64,000 nucleotides of DNA from Balanoglossus misakiensis. Lineage: Eukaryota; Animalia; Hemichordata. The stretch's first letter is position 1, and each line of letters begins with the position of its first letter. The translations under genes and the position numbers were made by a program. Under the pieces are notes generated by a model. That model ran no database searches. It saw nothing but the letters and a program-made list of their open reading frames with translations, and was not told the DNA's origin. This document shows positions 31,822-47,552 of the stretch, in pieces. The stretch spans positions 3,772,783 through 3,836,782 of the forward strand of contig CM082580.2 in the NCBI GenBank assembly GCA_040954595.2, read 5' to 3'.

Positions 31822-34800
31822 CTCTACTTGATTTTCTGTCGTTGGAGTTGTGTCATTAGAACTAACAGGGCTATCGGACTCATCATCATCGTCATCATCA
31901 TCATCATCATTATCATCATCATCTTCTCCAGAAGAATCTTGATCAACCAGTGATTCTGAGAAATAAAAAATACAAATTAAAGATAACAGCCAAGCATCAA
32001 CACATAAATTACCGGTACACTTTCTTAAATTTCAGTGAAACTTACAATACTATGACAAAAAATTTAAGAAAGTGATAACTCATAAACCCATGCCATCCGT
32101 ATTACGGTATACCAAGTTCTGACCAACAAAACTACAAGCATGAATCGCAACTCTGTATAATAAGAGAAACATATCAACACACTCATTTTAATCACGGTGG
32201 GTGATTATAATCAACATTGGCAAAATATCCATTGTGTCTCCATTCTACTGCTGCTAATCTCTTTGCACAGCATGCATGAAATTTTACTTCAAAGTTTCTT
32301 GGTGAAAATAAAACTTCAGACAATGAGCAAGACCTTTACCTACCTGGGTTATAGTTGCCATCATCAGCATTTGCTTTGCCACTTGACAGAAGTTCATAAC
32401 ACTTGTCACACACTCTCATTGGTTTGGAGGATTGCGTTGGAAGTAGAAATTTCTTGGATGAACATGGTCCACACACCACTATTCCACACTTCCTGCAGTG
32501 ATGCTGATGAGAGATAAACAACCATCATATATTCATTTAGTGTTAAAGGTTTAACAAGGCCTATTTCAAATGTTTACTCTACACAGTCTGCAGTCAAATA
32601 AGGTAGACGACTACCCAGATGCAGTGCGTGGTTATCACATTCCATACAACCTTACATGTAGAATTTTTGAGAAAACAGTGTTACAATTAATTTTGAAATT
32701 TTCTTGAAATTTTCCCAAAAGGTGCAATCCAAATCAATATGAAGCTGCCTGGTAGTCTTTTAGAATGTGATTTTTATTTTTCATGTCCAGCAAGCATGCT
32801 TAAACATGTTGCATGTAAGACTGGTATACAGACGATATCAATTATGGAATTGTTGTCACAATATAATCTTGTAATGTGTAGTGGATTGGCAAGTTCAAAT
32901 TTCTAAATCATGTTTTTAGTTTCAAAGAAATACGTGCAAAGAATTGCTAAAATAAAATATATGACAAGAAAAACCAAAAATATACAAAATCAGAGAGAGA
33001 GATGCTATCTACCTTTCTGTTCAACGTGGTAAACTTGGACTTGTTACAAAGCATACAGACTGGTGCATCAGAATCTGGAACCCATACTGGTGAATGATCA
33101 GTAACCGCCTTTTTGTCACCTGTAGAGGGCGGAAGAGAATGTCATGAAAAAATACAACACTAATATATTAAGTCATCTAGTCTGTCTGACGGCTACATTG
33201 ATAGTTTCAGCTGTCATTAACATGGCTATCAGTATCGTGTATATGATAAAGACTCAGGTTGAGAACTTATTCAGAAAGAAAAAATGTTACAGGTCCAAAT
33301 ATACAAGAAATTACTTTGTGATAAACAAGGCAAAATGTGCCAGTAACATGTACATTTTTGGTGGATATTGAAGTCTCAATCAAAATAAATGTTGATACGC
33401 AGCTTAAATTTTTATTATCATACTTACTTCTTGCAAGTAGATCTGATATACACTTGTTGATGTGAGCCATCCATTCTGACTTCTCTGTGGCTGTAGCTGC
33501 ATATACGGCAAATGACTTGGTAGCACTGATTACCTGCCATCCATTGCGAAGATCTGGAAAGACACAATAAAACTCAGTTTACTTCAAAATTAAAGGCAAC
33601 TTTCATGACCCCTGAGTGACCTTATACCCTGGGATTTTGTCGGGATGACATCATACATCACTCAATATTATGAACAACATTCGCCCTTTTGTAACAGACA
33701 AATCTTAATTTTGTTTATTCTTGGGTGAGTAAGAGTGTACAAATTCAATAGTATGACATAATTTGACATAATTTTAACATTTTTGTTTCACTGATAACAC
33801 CCAAAGAGCACCGACTTGTACAATAGGAGTCAGATGATCTGAAGATTTGTATAGTATCAACTGTGCAATAATACCTTACCTCCATCATCTTCTAGGGATT
33901 TCAATCTAACTGTCTCAAGTGGGATAATATGTTGCTTATTATACTGAAAAAGAAATCAAACATTGAAACCGTCAGTTGATAAAGCTAGGTTAACCAGAGT
34001 CAGTATTATAAATGTCAACACCGAGCCAGTACACCTATAATATGCAATTCAAAATGGCAACGGTCTAACTGAACTGGTGGACAACAAGATCTGTGAAAAT
34101 ATGACTGATTCATATACTCATCCTGTTTATCCGAAGGAAGTTATAGAAGTGGATGTGAAGCCAAGGTCATGCTGGCAATACTCTGATTACCCTACCTAAC
34201 AGCCCTGGCATTGAACTCATAATAAAATCTCAAGTTGGACAGATCTACCGCAATTCTCGATAAATAGTGAATGAAAAATGGCTATCTTACACAGTGCAGT
34301 ATTTGGTATGACATGCCAAGACACTTTACCGATTAGAAAGATCATGCACAAAATAAATATACACACTAAAATGGGGCGTTTGTATCATTGTACTACTACT
34401 AATATGATAGTCTTGAAAAGAGGAAGGCCAACATACTATCATACACTGAATTGTTTTGGCTTAGATATCAAGTGCTGGTAATACATATACATGGTTCAGG
34501 GGTTGGAAGTAAGTATAAGGGCTATGTAATTTGAAACTTAGTTCAAACACTACACTCGTGTCATTATGTGTAAGGTTACATCCTACACTTGTCTTATTTA
34601 TGCTGCCGGAAACTGAATTACCAAAGTACCACTGTAACAACAAACATCTGCTGAATTTGCTGAATTTCGTTATTTAAATTTACAGTTTCAAAAGAAATGT
34701 GTGAATTCTGTAATCTTTATGGAGAATTCTATGTGAACATTGTCATCATAGACTGAATGCAAGTTTGACAAATCTCAACTCCTTTCATGCCAACAGGTAT

Positions 34801-37642
34801 AATCAATCATATAAAAATGATAGATTCCACTCACCTTCTTTTTGTTAATTATAATGTTTCCATAGACAAGAATGTCATTAAATAGAAAGAACTGCCTTGG
34901 CTTGGGCTTCTTCCTGCAAAGCTTTGTGAGAACTCCTTCTCCTACAAGTACTCTCCCTGGTACTCGCAGAGGCTGCAAAAATACAATATCACATACAGTC
35001 AAATATTGGTAAATTGATTAGCAATGAATCCATAAGAGAAAAACTGTGGATGCCTCCATAATTATAGAATACTACCTGTGGTTACACTTTTTATAACAGG
35101 AACATTCACCTTAGAGGAGATAATCACAATAATGTCCCTAAAAAGTACTGCAAAGTGACACAAAACCTTGACTTTTTGAGTTCTTTTAGTTTCAGTGAAA
35201 ATGCAAAAGTCTAGAGTTTCGCAAGGACATTATATGCGAGTAATTTACTCACCTGTCCTGAACTCCCAAAGCAGGCTTCTACATTGGCAACACGCCTTGA
35301 ATTGGCTTCACTATTCACTGCAAAGTAAATAAACACATTAATATTCAAAGTACCGCTCCATAGTTGCTAGGGATTCCTTTTGAAATTTATCTCAGTTTTT
35401 GTTTCATCCAGAATACATTCCTGATCATAAACAAACATTTCAGCATCTTTGTAATAAATCAACCAAATCTGAACAGATGAAACTATTAAGGATGATTTAT
35501 ATGTACATCAAATGCTGAGATAAATGAAATACTGGTACTAAATTTCACACCTCTAAGAAAGAATTTGAAAAATGTTCATCGTCTGTTTCCCTCAAGTATT
35601 CTCCCAGCTCAAAGGAGTCATTATCAAATGCATGAATTGCAAATACAACAGTGGGACAAGGATGAAAATAACGTGGCCAAATAAAAGCATGATACACCCC
35701 TTGAGATTACTAAGTCAACATTTAAGATGGTTAGGTAAATCATGGATAGAGATAAAAAAAATATTAAATGTCAAAAAATATTTACTATAATATTGCCATT
35801 GTCAATTCCCACCAATCATTGTTTACCCACTAACCTGCCAAGATAGTATAAAATTAACCCCGTAAAATGTACCAAATCCTAGTGATTAACACACACTTGG
35901 CAGCCTAACAGGCCTGGGTGCCAGGATTCTAGGCACCCTGGAAATCAAACCAGTTTCAACTGACTTGGCAGCGTTATGGTTAAAATTGGGCACAACAAAA
36001 AACACAGCTGTCAATGAATGTTGGCGAATGTATAACAGAATATTTCAAACAATCATGTTATTTGCCTCAAAACATTTTCCTATCAAGATATGACTTCTTT
36101 AACGTGAATGTTTTAAATTCTATACAAAATATGATAGGACAGACCTGTTTGACCATTGACATGTCTATGGTTTGATATATTTGACTTGATTGATATTAAT
36201 CTTTTTGATAAATATGTGAATATAGCTTAGAATTTTGTTATCACACGCACAGGTGAATGATTAAAATGCCCATTTAAAATTCAAAAATCCCAGAAATTTT
36301 GTTCAAAAAGACATGGGTTTCAAAGAGAAAATATACACAATCAATTCTGGTTACTCATATTTAATGCTGCACACGTCTTGTGCCAATGAATGTTGGCGAA
36401 TGTATAACAGAATATTTCAAACAATCATGTTATTTGCCTCAAAACATTTTCCTATCAAGATATGACTTCTTTAACGTGAATGTTTTAAATTCTATACAAA
36501 ATATGATAGGACAGACCTGTTTGACCATTGACATGTCTATGGTTTGATATATTTGACTTGATTGATATTAATCTTTTTGATAAATATGTGAATATAGCTT
36601 AGAATTTTGTTATCACACGCACAGGTGAATGATTAAAATGCCCATTTAAAATTCAAAAATCCCAGAAATTTTGTTCAAAAAGACATGGGTTTCAAAGAGA
36701 AAATATACACAATCAATTCTGGTTACTCATATTTAATGCTGCACACGTCTTGTGCCAATGATTTGTTGACAATTATTCCATGTTACCTCTCTTGCTAGCT
36801 GCAATGATTTTAGCGGGTGCTGCTAGGTTGATGAAGATGTCGTTCGCAGCAGTGCGACATCGTCAACGACATAGCAGCACCCGCTACAATCATTGCAGCT
36901 TTTCTCTTGTCTGATCCATGGAGGAGTTACAAGAAGCCAAGCCCACTATGCACTATCCAAGCAAAGCTGCCAAAACTATTAGGTGACAGTGTCCGCGGTT
37001 GATGTTTTTCTTGTCAATTAACAACACACCCATGGGCCAGGTGCTTGTCACCTTTACCTTCAATGCAATTCAAATTCGGTCAGAGAAAAAGGAAGTACGA
37101 CTACGTGCGTACATTTTAAAGAATGGTACGGAAAATCATGGATATGGAGATAAACGATTATTAAACGTCAAATACGTCAGAAATCGTTCATTTCCATTGG
37201 CCATTTCCGCCAATCACTGTTTACCTAATGACCTGACACGAATTAGGTATAACATTAATTAAAATTGGGCAAAACAAAAAATACAGCCGTCAATGAACGT
37301 TGGCGAATGAACCGTTGAATATCTTCAAACAATCGTCATATTATTTGCCTCGACACGTTGACGAATTAAACGATACTTACTATTACTACGTAGTATGCAG
37401 CATTTATAGCAAGAGGTAATAAAAGTCAAACTTGTATTTTGTATCATGTATATAACACAGCCTGCGGATAGGTCTTCGCATTTTGTATTAGGGCACGGAT
37501 AAAACGCGGAACTTTTAAGATGGGTATAACAAACACAGTGGCAAATGGGTAAAATTCACTATCTCAGATTGTCACTCCATAAGCGGACAGCAGAGACAGA
37601 ACAACTATACAAGCCCGAAAACTTACCTAGCCTATCCACCAT
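31822..37642 (-). CDS. PLEKHF2: PH and FYVE domain protein Phafin2; final exon uncertain (candidate about 31618-31668)
   Basis: Exons 37627-37642, 35253-35317, 34835-34972, 33880-33943, 33428-33553, 33013-33119, 32344-32503 and 31822-31955. Protein reads MVDRLVNSEANSRRVANVEACFG, GEGVLTKLCRKKPKPRQFFLFNDILVYG (PH), WVPD, RKHHCRKCG, RVC (FYVE) and ends in an Asp-rich tail. Confidence 0.93.
36012..36761 (+). repeat. Tandem duplication of 372 bp
   Basis: 36012-36383 and 36384-36755 appear identical by eye; CAATGA microhomology at the junctions. Confidence 0.92.
36796..36901. mobile_element. AcademH-type hairpin MITE (copy 1)
   Basis: TAGCTGCAATGATTTTAGCGGGTGCTGCTA...TAGCAGCACCCGCTACAATCATTGCAGCT; degenerate 9-bp TSD CTCTCTTGC/TTCTCTTGT. 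Confidence 0.7.
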
Positions 37643-37969
37643 CTTGAATTTTGCTAGGGGTGTTTAAGTCACGTGATCACAGCGAACGATATCCTGAAAA
37701 ACGTGAACGATTGGAACTGATCACCTGATATTTACGACACCATAAATTTTTTTGCAAGTATTAATAAAAAACCCTGGTGTGACTTGTTTTGAAGGGCCGT
37801 AAGTTTGCCAAAAAACACCACACATCACTTTGGTTTGGATGACATCATCTTGACCGCATGGAATGTTGGGAGTTTGATCACATGATATATTTCTCCGAGA
37901 GCTGGCTTCCGCTATCTGCTGAGTGCCTTTCAAACTGATAATACAAGAAATAATTGTGTTTTCGGTAAT
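37643..37969. promoter_or_regulatory. Putative bidirectional promoter PLEKHF2/RNASEK
   Basis: 327 bp between divergent ATGs; contains GTCACGTGAT at 37668-37677. Confidence 0.65.
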
Positions 37970-39169
37970 ATGGCGATTCTGATACCAGGAATATGCGGCC
38001 CAAGGGCTTCAGTGTGTTGCTTTTTGACAAGTATCTGGGGAATTATTATGCTGGTAAGTTCTCTTGGGTTGTAATCGGCGCTGCAGTGAGTACTGGCAGC
38101 TCAATCGTATTCGTAATCATGGGATCAGTTCAATTTATTTGTGTTCGGTCGTGATATGAAATCATTTATTTCGTTCACCCATGTCTTGTAAACCGTGACC
38201 TAAAAGATTATACATTGTACATCGCTGTTTATATAGAATCATTAACCTGCCGAAGGTAGGCACTAAACAGCCAAGGTAGTCCTTCATGTAATTTGTAATG
38301 GTACATTATACCCAGTGCACAATTTTTGTATGGATTCATCGATGGGTCTGTTTTCTATTTTTAGAAAGACGTGTTAATTTCAGTGTATATTAAGGGTATA
38401 ATGAACGAGGCTCGAAAAATACCGAAAGCCCAGTATTTCAATAAATATGGTAATAGTATGTAAAGCACTAGTATCTGATCATGATGACATCCAAAGTGTA
38501 TGTATACCCACATAGATTAACCATTACATGGACTTCGATTAGTAATATTTGGGAATGCACTCAAAACTGAACTGTGACCATACTGACATTTACAGACATG
38601 TTTCTCAGTGCCACAATATTCAGTTCCAGTCACTGTTTAGTTATATAACTACCCCATGATACCTGTATTCCTATTTTACAGAGAAACCTCCTACTGGAGT
38701 ATTTTGCTTGCGAGAACATTGATTTGTGTCGCCCATTTTATTTTGTATACCCAAAACTCAACTTGTCAGTTGTACCATTTGTCGGAGGATCTATAATGTG
38801 GTGTTCCTAGAAGGGATTTTAGACAAAAATCACTGCAAAACTACATATACTTTTACCAAGCGGAGAAAAGCCTTGAAATATCAACCAGTCTATTTCTCCG
38901 ATTGCCACTTTTTTGTTTTCCTGTTTGAATATATAATATTCAATTTTGTTTTCCAGATCGTCATGGGAATTTGCCTGCGGTTCAATGCATTGGCTTTCAT
39001 TGAAGATTTAACACTTCCCCCGCCAGAGAGCTACACTCCTGACACCCTGACTGATGTGTATAGACAAGCATCAACTAACTGTTTCATAGCTGCCGGAATC
39101 TACGTTCTATTCATGGTCTTTTCAATGTGGCAAAGGAGGGAATATAACAAAGCTGAGTTCAGGATTTGA
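37970..39169 (+). CDS. RNASEK: Ribonuclease kappa / V-ATPase subunit f, 98 aa
   Basis: Exon 37970-38053 (MAILIPGICGPRASVCCFLTSIWGIIML) plus exon 38957-39169 (IVMGICLRFNALAFIEDL...YRQASTNCFIAAGIY); two transmembrane segments and the family CGP and NCFIAA motifs. Confidence 0.9.
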
Positions 39170-41367
39170 GTTAATATTCCAAGGAGCAACTTTGGTTTGT
39201 GGGGAGAACTTTAGCTGTTTTGTTTTGGTTTTCGTCGATGAAGAGGAATCATTAATCATGTGACAAGCTGATGAATGGAATCTGCATGGATTTTTCGATA
39301 GCCCAGCTGAACGCAAACAGTGATCTCAAATGTCCTACAAGAGAAAATATACTTTTAGTTTTGCCCCAGTTCAGCCAACTTCTCTCATGTCCAGTAAATC
39401 ATATGGAGTAGCAGTACGTGTATTAGTAATACAAAGAAAATGAGACAGTGAAGACATTTTTCGTTTATGTCTCAAACTTGGGTGCATAGACCACGGTGAA
39501 CTGTTTAGAGGTAGTAGCTTGTAGAAAATATTATACATATACATGTGTAGTTGACAGAATCTAGGTGCTAGAGATCACCTTCTGAAATTTTTGTACTACG
39601 ACTGAGTGTTAGGATGGTACACCATTGAATAGGAAGGATGAAATACTGTGTCCATAACCTGATTTGTGAATGTTTGAACTACATAGAACTGATAATCTAT
39701 ATGCCCAGCTGTGATCACCACAAACCTGGACATGCCTGTGTTGTGTACTTGACAGTGCTCAGTCTTGGATTGCTCAGACGCAGCACTGGTGACCTGTGCT
39801 ACTATGAAGAACAGAACTGACCTCGCAGTTCAAAACTCGGCAGTCACAACTCAGATTGAAATCTCTGTGTATGGAGTGAGATTACTTTCAAATTTAAAGT
39901 GTATTCATTATGAAAGTGTTTCTAACTTACTATCAGTTACAGCCATTGTTTTGAATTTTATTTAAATATGATTGAAGAATGTTAGAACTATCAATGCGAT
40001 ATAATCAAGCATGTCTGTTGTGAACATGTACATGTAAGATGGAAAGATTTGTTTGAATGTTTTGTGTGCAGGTGTCTTATACATTACCCATTCCATAAAA
40101 TATTGTACTGCCCCAAAAAGTGCAGAAAGGATTTATGCAAGAAACTGTTGTACATGTATTTTCTGTGTTAAATGTTTCCAGTTGATTGGTACATGTAGCT
40201 GTATAGACCCAACACTGATATTATGAAATAAAATAATGTACATAAACATATCTCAGTGAAACATTTGTTTGTCATAAAATTACTAGCATTCACAATCTGT
40301 GAATTCTCACTTGAAAAGTTTTTGAATTTTTTTGAAGCAAAAGTGAGTTAATCAGTTGAAGCTTATTTTGAATAATTTTTTTGTCAATTGACAGTCCTTA
40401 ATTAATCATTTACTGTCTCAAAAACTACTCATTGTCAAAACAGACTCGATTAGACATCTAATGTATTCTAACAGAGTTGCCCATTGGCAGAATGCACTGA
40501 ATTTACCAAGAAAATATGACACCATTTTACATGGTGAAAGAGTAAAATGCAGACAAATGGAGTCTGGCATGATTATCGGCGATTGTTGATTCGGAACTGA
40601 AACTAATGACACATTTGGCACCATTGCGTGTCAGGTTTCATAACTGTCACGCTGAATAGAGCCAAAGGCTGAGGACATCAGAATAGAAACTGTCTCGTAT
40701 TTCAGACAAAATGGCATTTAACAGGAATATATTTCAAATTAAATAAACAATGGACAAAACTGTTTTTATCAGTTACCAAAGTGTAATAAGACACATCATA
40801 TCCACTAATGAATGCAGTAAATCTGACAATGCAATGCCAGTGATATTTATTACCTCGTATTGAAGAGGTCAGTGTGACAATGAGCAAACACATTACATGA
40901 GTTCACATACATGTATTCCTTTGTATTCATCCTCACATGAAACCACTCAGCCACACCCTCACCCCACAAAGGATGCTTCAATAGCACTTCCTCACATGAT
41001 CTGAGTTGTATCAAGCATCACACAGTGAGCCCCACAGCCTTGAGGACTGCGTGCTGTCCATGGCAACAGCAATACTAACAACTCAGTACTAGGAAAATCA
41101 ATTTGTAATTCGTGGGATTCAAGCCCAGACTTATTGCACCAATTCACATAGCCAGCACACAAAAAATGCCAGCATAAGTTGATGTTACATCATATTCTAA
41201 AGTTCAATTACATTTAATTTGTCTTCCAAACCAGTCTTCTGACTGTACTGGCAAACACGGTTTTGACCAACACAGGAAGCCTCAAAATATACAGTGGCAA
41301 AACTACCTTCTACTTAAAATCCAAGCGTAGTTAGTGTATTGAAAGACACATCTACAATGGATTACTA

Positions 41368-41575
41368 TTGTAAAACACTTTATTTTCGCGAGCAATAAAT
41401 TTTCGCGAAATACGCGAGAGCCAAAATAGCGTGAAAATAAAAGGTCGCGTAAATTTTTTTTGAAGATAACGATGCAGTGAATGAAATAAGAGAACGTGAA
41501 AATTAATACTCGCGAAACAGTGGCCTCTCTTGATATCGCGAAAATTTTAACTCGCGAAAATAAAGTGTTTTACAG
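41368..41575. mobile_element. Tc1/mariner-type MITE (copy 2, inverted)
   Basis: Near reverse complement of 17744-17951; TA flanks. Confidence 0.8.
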
Positions 41576-41858
41576 TAAGCTGGTTCTCTCCAAATGGCAA
41601 GGCTCCCTTCAACCGGTTAACCACTCAATTGCACTGAAACAAAAGACAAAATCAGTGCATTGCATTTTTCATCATTCAGGTCAATAAATGTTCCCAATAT
41701 CCAAGGACCAACAATGAAAGAAAAGACATTGCTTATACAATGTAGTATACAAATGTATGGGAATTACATTTCAACAGCAATCTCCATTGACTGTGATGAT
41801 ACTTATGGTGAAGAATACGCTATATACAGGTCACCGACCATCTCATCTCCACCATTCA

Positions 41859-44397
<2,539 letters not shown>

Positions 44398-44605
44398 TGT
44401 TCTTCTGGAAATGTTCAAACAATGTAGCTGTCAGACACCGGCAAGACTGAAATTCAGGTAAGTGGTAACACTTCCGGGTTCTTTTTAATTTTTGCGCGAA
44501 ACTTTTGTAATCTCGCAGCCTTGTATTCTCGTCCCTCGCGAGATTCTTCTCATTGCGACGTTGAGAGCGCTGTACACATGAAAAGACTCCAAATTTGAAC
44601 CGAAG
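44398..44605. promoter_or_regulatory. Putative bidirectional cell-cycle promoter UBE2T/MZT1
   Basis: 208 bp between ATGs. Contains E2F consensus TTTCGCGC (reverse strand, 44494-44501), ETS CACTTCCGG, CTCGCGAGA, and YY1-like AAGATGGCGG over the MZT1 ATG. Confidence 0.7.
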
Positions 44606-45868
44606 ATGGCGGGGGAAAGGGCGGAATCATTGACAGCTGCTCGGGAAACTATGGATAGTGAGTATGAGAGGAGATTAATACAAATGTCTGTTCGTGATTT
44701 TGATGTCTATTAAACGATGAACTATATGTATATACGGTTTAGTGACTACATTTGGAGTCAAAGCTGGACAGTCCCTGTCGTTTGCAGGCCACTTGCCCAC
44801 ACATGTTTGTCTCTGCTGCCTGTGGGAAAAACATTACCAACTTACTAGCTGCAATGATTGTAGCGGGTGCTGCTAGTGGTTATGCTGTACACCAGTCAAC
44901 CAAGCAGCACCGGCCGCTACAATCATTGCAGCTACCAACTTACCAGAAAGGGGGTCACTTTTGGGTGACAGGGTGACCATCCAAAATGTGGTCATGTTAA
45001 TCGTTGATTCATTTTTTGGGCCACATACGACCTGCTAAGTTTGGAGGTGGCAAAGCCATGGCTGCAATATAAACCTTTCTCTCTCTTTGATTTCCTGACC
45101 TCAGGCTCATTTCCAGTCTTTTATAACACAGCATGGATTCTGTCTCCCCTTAGAACTGTGAGTCAACCCCCTCCCCCAAAACGGTCTGTTTCTCCAAAGA
45201 TTTACTGTTTACAGACATGCAAAACACAATCAAAACAGATCAGAAAGCAGCCAGATTGGCACAGAATACAGTGAGACTTTACAGCTAATCTGTTGATCTC
45301 ATCTTATCTTCAAGCATTGCAGGAAATTTCCCGTTTGCTGAATACTGACCTAGATGCAGAGACACTATCTATTTGTGTTAGACTCTTGGAACAGGGAGTT
45401 AACCCAGAGGCTTTGGCATCTGTTATAAAGGAACTCAGAAGAGAAACTGCTGCACTTAATGTATGTACAATTCTCATTTCTTTTATCCAAGTCTAGATCA
45501 TTGAGGCACTGCCAAATTTTAATATGATGTAAAATAGTGATATTTTAGTGACATTTTGTATTTCGATGGCGATGTACAATCATATTCATTAATATGAGTG
45601 TTCCATCCACAATGGCATCAACAGGGGGATATGTCCCCATTTGCCAGAATATATTTTTTTTGAAGGGGGGGGGGGGGGGGGAGATTCCACTCTGGCAAGA
45701 GGGGGGGGGGAGTAATATCTGACAGATTGCTAGGGGGTGACATCATGTAAACGGGGTGAATCCCCACCCCTGGCCCCCGTCTAGATGACACCCTGTTAAA
45801 TATGTATATTTCTTTTTTTTCTTTGTTTTTCACCAATACAGGCTGCAGAAGCATCGTTAGAGCAATGA
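44606..45868 (+). CDS. MZT1: Mitotic-spindle organizing protein 1 (MOZART1), 74 aa
   Basis: Exons 44606-44657, 45315-45460 and 45842-45868; [50 protein letters not shown]. Confidence 0.95.
44846..44934. mobile_element. AcademH-type hairpin MITE (copy 2)
   Basis: TAGCTGCAATGATTGTAGCGG...CCGCTACAATCATTGCAGCTA with perfect 9-bp TSD CCAACTTAC. Confidence 0.85.
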
Positions 45869-46898
45869 CATTAGGATGACAGAGTGACACTCCAGTCTGA
45901 TGCCCGGTTTGAATAATCCGCTTACACCCTTCATCATGGTTTGGACGTCTCGATTATTATTTGATGCAACACTGCTACTGCTGTGTTTCAGTCACAGATT
46001 ACAATGGACTATGGACCTGCTATAACCATGCTTCTTATGTTCATGTGCTAAGTGCAGATGTCATTCTATTTCAGTGTTTCTCTTAGATTTTTGTGGAGTG
46101 TGAAAGAGAGCAAATTATGTCATGGGTTGTATGTTTTTTTTACAACAAATATCAACGTATGTCGTAACATTTTCTTTTCTGGTTTCATTGGCCAAAAGAG
46201 CAGAGTCAAGCACACTTAAGATGGCACAGTAAATATTACGTCTGCCAGGATATTGTACTGTGGATGCAACATTTGATAATTTCATTTCGTGACTCAAGCT
46301 TTTATTTCAATAAGATTGATCAAGAAATGTTATTTGTTCATAAAATGGTGACATTTGGCAGATCACCTTTTTATGAGAATGATTTGTAATCGATGTGTCA
46401 AAGCTATTTATCATTTTACATATTGTTTACTTTGGATTTTTATCAAGTTTTTTTTTTCAGTTTTGGTGAAATATAAAAAAATCTGTGCTTATGTATTTGA
46501 TAATGGTGTAAAGTATTTTGAAAACTTTCAATCAAATAAATACATTTTTACAATAAAATATGTTTCAATCGAATTAATTCTTTGCCTCACATATTCACAC
46601 CAATGACCAAGCACATATTCCTGAATATATTTACTATAACATACTGTAGAGGGGTTTTACATTGTGTGATCAATTTCAGGTTATTGTTCTCTCAAAAAGT
46701 GTGTTGAAACACCCAGCATATTCCCCCTACAAAGAGGGACACTATGTGAACACAGAACTTATCGTCAAGTGCATTGTACACAGGCAGTGCTGCGGAGGCA
46801 AACACTGGATTAATTTCAACATAAAAAATTATCAGTTCATCAATAACGAATTAATATCCAGGGCAAAAAAAACAAGCTGCAAATTCTTTCCCTATTTA

Positions 46899-47552
46899 GG
46901 CTGCATTCACAAACACCTCTGGAGGGGGGGGGGGAAGAATTCAATTTTTTTTACCGTTAATTTTCACATGCCCGCCGTACACAACCCGAAATATTTTCAA
47001 ATCCCCCCCTTCCGAACTGCTACAATTTTGGAATCCCCCCCCCCTCATTTTCTTTCACAGAGCAAAACACATCACCTATCTATCTTGTAAAAAAGAAAAA
47101 CAGCGCTCCCATGAAAAGAATTTGAAACTGATGTTTTCCCTCTTCAGTGGGTATTAAAACTGAACATTTTTAAAGTTTTTGTATTCTGTGTTGGCAAACA
47201 TTGTAAGTGAAGGGGGTGGGTATGGGAGGGGGTGTCCCCCTCCCACAAAAGAAAATTTTATAAAATACAGAGCTCAAAACTGCATTTTAATGAACCCAAA
47301 AGAAAATTAACTCAACTACCGGTATGTTGGGGAGGACAAATTTAACCTTCGCCGCTCAAAGTTAGCATAGAGGGGGGGGGGGGGGGGCAAGTCCCCTGAC
47401 CTGGGACAGTAGACAAACCAGTCAATGAATGAAAGGTGTTTATGAATGATGGGGGTGGGTGTTCAGTCCCTAAATTATTTCAAATCCCCCCCTTACATAC
47501 CCTCAATTTTTTCAAATCCCCCCCCCCTCCAGAGGTGTTTGTGAATGCAGCC
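46899..47552. mobile_element. PIF/Harbinger-type non-autonomous element
   Basis: TTA|GGCTGCATTCACAAACACCTCTGGAGGGGGGG...CCCCCCCTCCAGAGGTGTTTGTGAATGCAGCC|TTA. Confidence 0.85.

Noticed and set aside
36012-36761. Possible CRISPR-like or satellite array
   Set aside because: Only two long units with no repeat-spacer structure; eukaryotic context.
40930-41160. Possible minus-strand SINE (B-box-like GGGCTTGAATCCC)
   Set aside because: No clear A box, boundaries or second copy in the window.
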